From the NCBI GenBank assembly GCA_900617105.1, contig UYFQ01000182.1, forward strand, positions 1 to 64,000: a stretch of 64,000 bases of DNA, given 5' to 3'. Positions within the stretch are counted from its first letter, which is position 1. The number at the start of each line of letters is the position of its first letter. Made by a program: the position numbers and the translations under genes. This DNA is from Hydrurus foetidus (lineage: Eukaryota). Shown here one piece after another: positions 1 to 8,912 of the stretch. The notes under the pieces were generated by a model that did no database searches, was not told where the DNA came from, and saw nothing but the letters and a program-made list of their open reading frames with translations.

Positions 1-937
1 GCCATACGAATCGAAAGTCTTCGATTGTAATGAGTCTTGGCGTTGTATTGTTAAGACTACGCTGTAACACTGCTCTCCAATTGATAGGTTCGACAGGCAA
101 CTTATCGATGAGAATTTTGGTTGCCTGAAGTTGGAGAGCAGGTGTTGCATCAGGGAATCCATCAACAATATCAGCTAAAAGCTGATCTGTCTTGTCTTCC
201 ACTGATTTATCCTTCAGGTCGAATTGAAGTGCGACCTGAGAGACAGTTTCAATGAAACTCAGCTTGTCAGTTCGATTGACAGCTGATGTAGGAACTGTGA
301 GATTGAGTTCTCTACAGAACAATTGATTCGACCAATGTTTCCAATTGTTACAGGAGTCGCGACGATCGGGATCAGTTGCAAACTTACGCTTGAGAAGCGT
401 TGTAAACGATTGATGGTTGGAAACATGGATTACATCAACTGGTTTAAATGGAGTTCCATTTGAAAGGAGGACCTCCATTACCCGTAGTACTTCCTGACGA
501 GAGGGCACGGCGCTCAACTTAGGAGCTCTCTCACCCGTTTGCACATAGTGCTGAGGTGGTGCCATCGAACGAGGAATCTCAGCCGAAGCTGGTGTCGCAG
601 ACGAATCTGGTGTCGCAGCCGAAGCTGGTATCTCAGCCGAAGCTGGTGTCGCAGTCGAAACTGGTGATAACGTTAGAGCGGATAAAGCAGATAAAACAGG
701 AGCATCAATAACAGACGAGACCGCAGGCTCCGAATTCCGCTGAGGAATCGGTGCAGACAGGTCGCCGGCGGGGTCCTGAGCCGCAGGTGGCCCAGGAGAC
801 TCGATGCTATCTCCTCCACGATTGTGGTGCTCCTCGTAACGTTGTCGGAAGGCGACGGCGACAGCTCTAGGAGGCTGTCGTTGTCGGCGAAGGGAATTGA
901 TGGTGCTAATCCTCTTGTCCTGGCGTCGGAGAGCCAT
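1..937 (-). CDS. Gag-like ORF of a nested retroelement (partial, runs off the left edge)
   Basis: Manual translation from ATG at 937 (MALRRQDKRISTINSLRRQR...MAPPQHYVQ...NWKHWSNQLFCREL...DFRFVW) is open for 312 codons to position 1. It is absent from the ORF track because no stop lies in the window. It is intronless and follows an LTR-like segment. The Gag assignment is positional inference. Confidence 0.5.
   Translation of the reverse strand, partial: MALRRQDKRISTINSLRRQRQPPRAVAVAFRQRYEEHHNRGGDSIESPGPPAAQDPAGDLSAPIPQRNSEPAVSSVIDAPVLSALSALTLSPVSTATPASAEIPASAATPDSSATPASAEIPRSMAPPQHYVQTGERAPKLSAVPSRQEVLRVMEVLLSNGTPFKPVDVIHVSNHQSFTTLLKRKFATDPDRRDSCNNWKHWSNQLFCRELNLTVPTSAVNRTDKLSFIETVSQVALQFDLKDKSVEDKTDQLLADIVDGFPDATPALQLQATKILIDKLPVEPINWRAVLQRSLNNTTPRLITIEDFRFVW
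580..669. repeat. 18-bp tandem repeat x5 (CAGCCGAAGCTGGTGTCG), coding ATPASA-like hexapeptides in the minus-strand ORF
   Basis: Five imperfect units read directly at 580, 598, 616, 634 and 652. Confidence 0.9.
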
Positions 938-1301
938 TGTCTTCGACTGTCGGAATTACGTGATGGATTAAAAATTGATGGAGCGGAGAAACGAACTTCT
1001 CTCGACGAAAAAACTTTGGTATCGACCAAATATCGATATTGTGGTCTTGGGCGGGGCCTAGGACGTTGGAGCTAAAAGTGGTGGTCGGTTGATGCAAGCG
1101 GTGGGCAAGAGAAGAAAGGGTAGGTGGAGTAAACTTGTGTTAGTATTTTACAGTTGAGTATCTACAAATGATGTGTACGCTAAAGTGCATTCACGTCATA
1201 TGTGGAACTAAGACCTAAAAGTGGAATCTGGGCGTAATATACCTATTGTACCTAGTTAACCTAGACACATTGTATCCCCTTAGGAATGCAATAAGGCTAC
1301 A

Positions 1302-4077
1302 ATGTCATATGCATTAGCAGTATACCCTAACACGGACAAGTCATGTGAAATTTTATCGTACCACAATTTTGCAGATTCAACACACCCATACAATGCTTTT
1401 TTCAATTCAACAATGTATGTGCCCTTATCATTAACATATTTCATATATGATTTATCAATGGACGTCAAAACTCCAGTTAAATATTTATTCAATCTCATAA
1501 ACACAGTGTGACTACCCTCTAGTGGCATATCGCTATTTAAAAATGCTCCTGGAAAATCTATCGTAGCTAATGATCTATTCTCTTTCGCAGCAATTGAAGC
1601 AATTATAAACACACTAGTGGTACTAACCGTAGGTGATGAGCCATTATCGTAAATATCTCTATCCTGTAAATGACCTCCTGCAACTAATCTCGATTTTAAC
1701 TTTTCGAATTTACCTTCTGCAGTATACTTATCTTTTAAAAACATACTGCTGGTTATGATGTTGTTACGTTGTAATGGTGTTAGTGAGTTGATCAACACTC
1801 CTTCCCACACATCTTTCTCACACATCTGTTGCATTTCTTTTCTAATGGAATCGATAGCTATATCACCTAACTTATCGATACCGTCTTTAACAGTCATGTT
1901 AAAAGCATATGAACAATCAAGGCGGTGCAACACTTCAGGTATACAGCATCCTATGTTCCTATTTCCTCTGTTGGATGCCCATCTACCTGGCTGGTGGTTT
2001 CTAGCGCTACGTCTCAAAGCAGGCTGTTCTATCTCAGGTAGTTCATCTGTAAGTACGTCATCTACTGTGTACGTATCTTCTATGGCATCAACAGTTTCAT
2101 CATATGTAAGTACATTGTCATCAACGTACGTGCTGTTTACATCAGGTGCATCATATTCCATCGCAACATCGTCATGTTCAACAGGTTCAAAATCAGCATC
2201 ATCAGTATCTAGCTGCACTGCATAATCATCCATCATGGCATCATTATCAGGCATATCATTAATATTATTTTCATCAGTCATCACTGGCACATCAGGCAGT
2301 TCAGGTATCACATGTGGTTCAACATCATATGAGTCATCATACATTTCATCTGAATGTGGTATGTGTGAATTACTAAATCTTCTCATATTATTATTATAGA
2401 TTTTCTCATCATCATAATCTAGTCCATCATCCACTATCAAACGCCTATTCTGTTCAAACACAGGTTGGTTAGTGTTATTACCCTTATTAATGTTTCTCTT
2501 ATCAGATAATCCATTAAGGTAAGTAATCACTTCATCTGGCATAGGTAGTGATGTGGCTTTAGTGCGTTTAACTATCTGTTCATTACTGAGTAACATGTAA
2601 TACCAAGATCCTTCTAGATTGCCTGCACTCATTAGAGCGATAGCACCTGAAGTTCTGGCTTTATTACTATTATCAATATTGTCAGAATGCACTTGTACAT
2701 AGTCACCAAAACCGTGTTTCAGTTCTTTATCTACATTTATCTTCCTGCCGTATAGTTTCTCTCTGGGGCTGACGTAGTCTACAGTGTTCCTTGTCGGAAC
2801 CAACACTATACGGTTAACAGCATATCTAACTAACCATCCTTCTAACTTCTCAGTTAATCTAAATGGTAGTGTATTGATTACTGCTCTAACTCTCTCTTTA
2901 ATCTGTCTGATCTTACGCTCAACTACGGTAACTGCCTCTCCTGCACCTGTCGTGTCTAATGCAGTACCTATTGTAGCTAACTTAGTCTCAAACCATACTG
3001 AATTGATGGCGCCCTCTCCATCAACTCTGACTAAATTTAAACTGAAACCATACTTAGTTATATGTCTAATATCGCTCTCTAAGCTAGTCCAAAGTGTAAG
3101 ATTGGCTCTGTTGTTTAACTTATTTACCATGGTATATTCTAATGGCTTAACAACGGCAATTAAAAATGGATTGCCGTTAACAAACATAATGTCTATATAC
3201 ATGATTTGATCTCTTTGCTGCATATTATCTAACAGTGGTTGCTCCTCTTCAACCTGTGCCTGATGGCTTGGCGTTTTTCCCTTTAGGGAGCCTAAGTCAG
3301 GACCCCAGATATCCAAGGATCTGACTACATCTTGTGCCGTAATATCACTGTTAACTAGTTTACCCTGTCCTATCAGCTTAATTACCTGACCAGGGCTGGC
3401 ATATCCTAATTTCCTCTGATACTCTCTAGCTAACTCAGCTTGTTTTACCTGTCTAACTGTGTATTTCTTCAAACTGTTGTAACTAACATTAACTTAGGCT
3501 TAATTACCATTGTGTCTAAATTACATATATATATATTGTATTTTACATCTCTGTTGAAATAGTAGCAACATCCGCCTTTTTTAATCTGCAGACTGTAAAA
3601 ATCGCTCCCACTACTATACTTCATAGAGTAACAATTATTTACCATGTTAGCAAAAGACAAGATGTTGGCTATACAATTAGGGTCAAAGTATACTAATCCA
3701 AAGTCCGTCGTACCGCACTCTCTGATAACCATCGGCTCTCCTCTACTATTGACTCCATTAACTATCATGGGTGTATCAGCAGGCACAATGTCATAGAATA
3801 GTGCAGCAGTTTTAAATACAGATTCGCCAGCACATGTGTCGAGAAGCAATTGATTGTCAGCAAATACATCAGAATCATTCGTGATATCTATGCTAAATAT
3901 GTTGCTATCTACTGCTGGGGTCTCCGACACTGGAGCTTCGTCATCTATGAATTTAATTTGTACATATTTAGATATTCGTACGTGCTTAACATTATTATTC
4001 ACATCAACGGTCACATGGTTATTAACAGTACTAGCTATGTCATCATGTAAATAATCATATAAGTGACTTACTTTCCC
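1302..4077 (-). pseudogene. pol: Copia pol (protease LLDTCA, integrase D-D-E, partial RT), frameshifted at ~3470 and truncated at 1302
   Basis: ORFs 3469..4014 (open upstream past the gag stop) and 1280..3472. Integrase motifs YIDIMF, RVDGEG and VERKIRQIKER. The RT ends before the catalytic xxDD motif. Confidence 0.88.
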
Positions 4078-5273
4078 TTCCCAGGTGAAGCAGTCGATTT
4101 TCCTCCTGGGCTCTTGCCTCCTTCCTCGCCCCAGTATTGAGCGACGGTCTCAACTGGTTCTGCTCTGCATTCCCGAGCCAAGTGTCCGTACTTCCCGCAG
4201 TTATTGCAGGGACCGCGCTTGTACCCCGCTGGTGGGGATTTATTAGCTGTATAAGCTCCGACAGGTGATCCCTTATCGGTGGTTGATTCTCCTCCGTCCT
4301 TCACCCACCGCGCATTGGGTGCGCTCTTTCGTTTATGGCCTCCGGGGTAGCCTCCACGGCCACTTCTGAATCCTCTGCCAGTCATCGCGAATGCGTTTGC
4401 TCGCTCTATCGCTGCTGGTAAGTTCCCAGCTGCCCTCTTGGGGTTGTACTTGGCCGCTTCTTGATAAGCTGACTCAAGACAATCGGGCCAAGGTTTTAAT
4501 CCGTTTGTGAAGAACGATTTGAATTCGTTATAGCTGTTATTTAGACCCAGGATAAATTTCACTGACATCTGCCCTTCTGGATACAGTTCATCGATCCCTT
4601 CACGTCCAGCCATCTCATACGCCTGCTGAATAGCAGTGAGAGCTGACTTGGTGCTCGTGAGGTACATACTCAAATTTTCGTGACCTCCCATCACTAGATC
4701 ATTGTACCTCTGAGTAATAACGTACATTTGATGCTGTACTCCCAGTGTTGAATCTCCTATGTGAGTTACGAGAATCGCTTGCAGCAATTTTCTCGGCTCG
4801 AATTCGCACGCCGCTTCCACGCCCAGGAGTATCTCTCCTACTCTGGTCTTGGAACTTTCAGACATCTGGCCTAGCATAGCACCATACAAGTTGAGTTTAT
4901 CTTCCTCTAACTTAGTTGTCTGTTTCCCGTATTCGATTAGGTCTAACTCCCAGATCTTTCTATCGTACACCGTGGCTCCATCTGTTGGATGCTCCGGCTG
5001 TATGTAAACTGGATAATCTCCTAGAGTTCCGTCTGATCCGAAGATCATGCTTACTCTCGACTTGTAAGTCGTCATAGCATATTCCTTCATTTTCCCCATC
5101 CATTTGGTAACCGCTCCATGGGCGATGTCCTTCCCAGGTGGTAGATCCAAATATGCCCCGATCGTCGGTATATTGCCACGATGGTAGTTCTGCGTCGCTG
5201 GAGATCCTCTCCCACCACGCCCCGCAAAGTAACCTCGTCCACGTCCCTGCTGGGGACTTCCACGACCTTTCAT
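4068..5273 (-). CDS. gag: Copia Gag with RGG-rich N-terminus and CCHC zinc knuckle
   Basis: ORF from ATG 5273 with a CNNCGKYGHLAREC knuckle near the C-terminus. It lies between the LTR and pol. Confidence 0.88.
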   Translation of the reverse strand: MKGRGSPQQGRGRGYFAGRGGRGSPATQNYHRGNIPTIGAYLDLPPGKDIAHGAVTKWMGKMKEYAMTTYKSRVSMIFGSDGTLGDYPVYIQPEHPTDGATVYDRKIWELDLIEYGKQTTKLEEDKLNLYGAMLGQMSESSKTRVGEILLGVEAACEFEPRKLLQAILVTHIGDSTLGVQHQMYVITQRYNDLVMGGHENLSMYLTSTKSALTAIQQAYEMAGREGIDELYPEGQMSVKFILGLNNSYNEFKSFFTNGLKPWPDCLESAYQEAAKYNPKRAAGNLPAAIERANAFAMTGRGFRSGRGGYPGGHKRKSAPNARWVKDGGESTTDKGSPVGAYTANKSPPAGYKRGPCNNCGKYGHLARECRAEPVETVAQYWGEEGGKSPGGKSTASPGKGK

Positions 5274-5310
5274 CGTTGCAACTTCTTGTTGCAACGATGA
5301 GTGCTAATTA

Positions 5311-5507
5311 TGTTGTGAAAAGTGGACTTAAAGGTGTGCCGTATGTCCCATACGGTTGGTCACAAGCTCCCCACTGCACTCTCCGATGCGGCTTCACTCG
5401 CTCTGTCTGGACTCAGAAGAGAAGTTTCGCTGTCGGCTACGAGTTTGGGTTAATTAGCACTGCTACAACGCAGTAGTAGTCGAGTGTAGTCGGTAGTTGT
5501 CGCAACA
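5311..5507 (-). repeat. 5' LTR of the left copia (TGTTG...CAACA); alternative start at 5573
   Basis: Minus-strand end TTTTCACAACA at 5311 matches the start TGTTGCGACAA at 5507 (9/11 inverted). Another TGTTG at 5573 cannot be excluded. The partner LTR is not in the window. Confidence 0.65.
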
Positions 5508-5658
5508 GGTTGATGTCTATCCTAGATCAAATACGTCATATCGTATGTAGTACGGTACTGCTGTAGTGCAACACCGTACGTGTGGTTCGAATATGAAATA
5601 CAGATAATAGCATCACAATTCGTATACGGAATATCTAATCTACATAATACTGATATTA

Positions 5659-5827
5659 GGCTACAATTCACGGGAACGCTAAAAAGTTTTCCCATATAAT
5701 TATTTTATGGTAAGGTTCGAAATTTACCCTAAACTACCCCTTTTTATGGGAAAGTTTTCCTTTTTCCGCATATTTTATGGCAAAAAATTATATGGAAGAC
5801 TTTTTAGCGTTCCCGTGAATTGTAGCC
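5659..5827. mobile_element. MITE, PIF/Harbinger (Tourist)-like, 169 bp
   Basis: Perfect 29-bp TIR GGCTACAATTCACGGGAACGCTAAAAAGT, extending imperfectly. TTA direct repeat on both flanks (5656-5658, 5828-5830). Confidence 0.88.
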
Positions 5828-5833
5828 TTACTA

Positions 5834-6092
5834 ACGTAGAGATCGGTTGGAATAGTAAATTATAACTCAGTCATTTGGATTTTATTTTATTAAGGTGCCG
5901 ATACCTCTAACAAGATTACATCTTAGATAATCTTATTTATGGTCAGAAGTACATAAATCACACTGTATTTTGCACCCAACCAGTAGTCGGATGCCTCAGT
6001 AGTGCAAATTGACTTACTAAGTAGCCGATGCCACAGTGTAACATTTGCTGGAATACTGACCCATCCGGTACTATTCCAACCGATCTCTACGT
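5834..6092. mobile_element. MITE with TA flanks (Tc1/mariner-like), 259 bp
   Basis: 5832-5857 TAACGTAGAGATCGGTTGGAATAGTA is the exact reverse complement of 6069-6094. TA lies on both outer sides. Confidence 0.82.
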
Positions 6093-6524
6093 TACACCCC
6101 CCTCTCGTTTTGCGATCAGTATGATATATCATGCCAAGCTCCAAACTGCCGACAAAGGGAAAAGTTATACATCTCTCGTGGAGATTCCTGAGATGATTGC
6201 AACGTCGCGGACGATTTTCTGTTTACCTGGTCGCTTTCCTTCTCGCTGTGCCTTAAACATTGGTGCGAAACAGTTGAGTGAGCTGCAAAGGGACTGTGCC
6301 ATCCTTTCGTTGCTTGAGGATACTGCCACGCGGATATCACTCCCGATAACCTGCTCAGTACTTCAATCATCATTATTTTACAACTGAAAAGGGGAAAATT
6401 CTTGACAACTTTAATAGTAGACGGCTGATGTCGTCGTAGAGGATACTAAATTCTATTTCGGAGCAATTGGAACAACTGATCGCAATTTAGCGGTACAGAG
6501 CTTGTGAATAGCGTCTTCGAATTA

Positions 6525-7551
6525 ATGCTGTATCAGTGTTTGACATTGTTACTTTTACATGCCTTCGTCGCTGGACTGGAAGCAGTAGATCCCTCAGTCG
6601 CTTCTTGGCCCGTCATTCATCTTAGCACTTCGGATGAGAGACGGTATGTCATAATGTAGTTTCTCTTCACTGGAATTGCAGTGCACAACAATTCGAAATT
6701 ACGCAAGGTGACTCTCTTATCTTCTCAGATTACTAGGCGGCCAAAACTTAATACATTTTGTTGCTGGCTCCACTGAGTACCTGAAATGGGCTCAAGCAAA
6801 TTTGACAGCTACGCACGAAAGGTAAGCTTGGTGACTTAAAATGTAACCCAGGGGCTCTTTCAACATTTCATCGACTAACAGAGGCTACTACCATTTGTTC
6901 ATCGATAGCAGCGTTGCTGGTAGAATTCAGTGTATGAGCATCAGTGAGGGGTCGATTAGAAGCGTTACAGACAGATTCATGGACATAGCTGGCAAGAGCA
7001 ACCACGACGACAAAATCTTGATCGTCGCAGCATTCGGTGTTGAGGAAATTCCACCAATCGAATTAAAGCGGCTTGACTTCTTATTCCGAATCCATGAACG
7101 AACTTTCAAACACTCAAACATTCTTCTTCTGCTGATGTGGAACTCTGACAATAAGGCCATCGGAGGTGATTCCAATGACAGCGATAGTGAGATGAGTGGC
7201 GACTCCACCAGAAACTTTCAAGAGAAGAGGTTTCTAACTCAGGAATGGTCTCGAGGAGGTCACCTCGTGAACGGTGCAGCGCTGGTGGGTCGACTGACTA
7301 ACTTCGTTCACTGTCAGAGATGTGAGGACGAATCGCTGCTCACGGAACAATCACCTCTCGATTTCTGTCTATCGCCTGGTCCTGATCCTGATCCTTCTGA
7401 TTGGAAAAAAGGCTCTAAACCGACATTTCTAGTGGGAATTTTCGTCACCTCCTTTCTTCTCGGAACACCTTTTCGCCAGTACATGCGCTTAGTGTTGAAA
7501 AGAATGAAGATGTTCTTAGCAGAGTTGGGGATGACACGACTACTGCATTGA
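6525..7551 (+). CDS. Hypothetical type-I membrane protein, 3 exons (6525-6643, 6729-6821, 6882-7551), 293 aa
   Basis: GT-AG introns keep the frame. N-terminal signal-peptide-like MLYQCLTLLLLHAFVAGLEA and C-terminal hydrophobic segment TFLVGIFVTSFLLGTPF followed by basic residues. Confidence 0.65.
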
Positions 7552-8912
7552 AGTGGCTGATACTGACTCAGTGATCCAATATCGTTTGAAATTAGATTGA
7601 TCCAAGGGAAAAGGTCGAGTCCAGCTAGCGGATGTGACAGTCGAGAAAGATAATTTCTTCTCTTCTCGACCAGCCTGTCACACATATGAGACCCTTCACC
7701 ACATTGACCAGTGCATCTGCTACAGATAGATAACTTAGTTGAGATGCAGCGCACTCGCAGTATACAGTACATCGCGTTACATTACTGTGTAGTGTGTTCT
7801 CTCCTCCTGCTGTATGGACAGCAAATCCCACCTGAAGAATTGGAATTGACCGGGCAACATATTTTTAATGCACCCTCGGTCACTCACCGTTACTTCACGA
7901 TAAGGTGGCAGTAATCTTATCGTTACCGTTGGAGATGCTATTAGTAGTAGGGCTAACGCGACTTCCATCTGATGCCTTGGGCGTCTTAAGTCACATTTCA
8001 TGATTTATCCCTTCTTACTTGTTACACTGGTATTTATTGTTTAGCAGCAGTCAGCTGGGATATCGATTTCTTAAAACGCTCATGCAAAGACATCTCGGAG
8101 ACCTTTCTCCATTTTGAACTGTTATGAAAAGACGAACTACGTAAAATGTGCACTATCTGAAATACTGTAAAGGTAATATGGCCCAGCAGAGTGCGGCGAT
8201 ACACAGTGCACAGTGCTATCAAACTTGCAGGAAGTACCTACTAGCTTCAATAGGTATAGCCTCTTCCGCTTCAAACATGAGATACTCTTGTGGGCGTTGA
8301 GCTGTTAGCAGGAAGCATGCAGCACACAGTGTATATTTGCTCCTACTGCAGTCGAAGCGCAGACAGATTTGCTCCGTACTGCCAGAAGAAAGTTCCCTCG
8401 ACTTTTGCTCTTATTTCGGTCAACTTTGCTGCTCCACATAATGTGAAGACTAATTTGTTCGAGAAAAATTGACTGGAATTAATTATTTGCTCTATTCCGA
8501 TTTACGGTATATTTCTGGTTTGAACGATTGGGAATTTGACGGAAATTATTTTGATCCGAAAGCAGCAATGTTTGCTCCAAAAGCAGTCAAATTGGTACCA
8601 CAATAATTATCATTCATTATATATACGCAGTGCAGCTATGAAACTTATCAGGAATCAGGAAGTGTATAGCTTCAAAAGGTACAGCTTCAACTGCGGTCAG
8701 ACGCTGCAGTGGTCGCCGCATCGGCCAGCGTTTGCAACGGTGCGCAGTTTGTAACAGGTTTTTCAATATCATATTGCTGTGATCACCGGAGAGCCCTCCA
8801 CCAACGAGCAGCTCTGCCTACCACCTCAGCGAATATGATGATCAATAGAAGTTTCATTGCAGGATTTCCGTAAGTAAGCAGCACCATCGATGGAGGTTTT
8901 TTCGTCATAGAG

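Larger units (their letters stand above)
1..1301 (-). mobile_element. 5' end of an LTR-like retroelement inserted into the copia RT (candidate LTR 1040-1301)
   Basis: The copia RT breaks after GYTANAYD, where the other copia in the window continues GYVRNISDKCVFN. The new sequence starts TGTAGCC on the minus strand at 1301. A candidate LTR end ...GACCACA lies at 1040, followed by a long ORF. Confidence 0.6.
1302..5507 (-). mobile_element. Ty1/copia LTR retrotransposon (disrupted; 3' part displaced outside the window)
   Basis: Order is LTR - gag (CCHC) - protease - integrase - RT, the copia domain order. RT motifs KLKSRLVAGG, SPT, IDFPGAFLN and LKKALYG are present. Confidence 0.93.

Noticed and set aside
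1292..1303. TAAGGCTACAAT matches the end of the Harbinger-like MITE
   Set aside because: Only 12 bp, straddling the LTR/RT junction, with no partner TIR. Treated as coincidence.
6028..6387. 119-aa ORF
   Set aside because: It starts inside a MITE, crosses its TIR, and has no recognisable motifs.
7600..8300. Possible spliced minus-strand gene
   Set aside because: I could not join the candidate exons into a consistent frame or recognise a domain.
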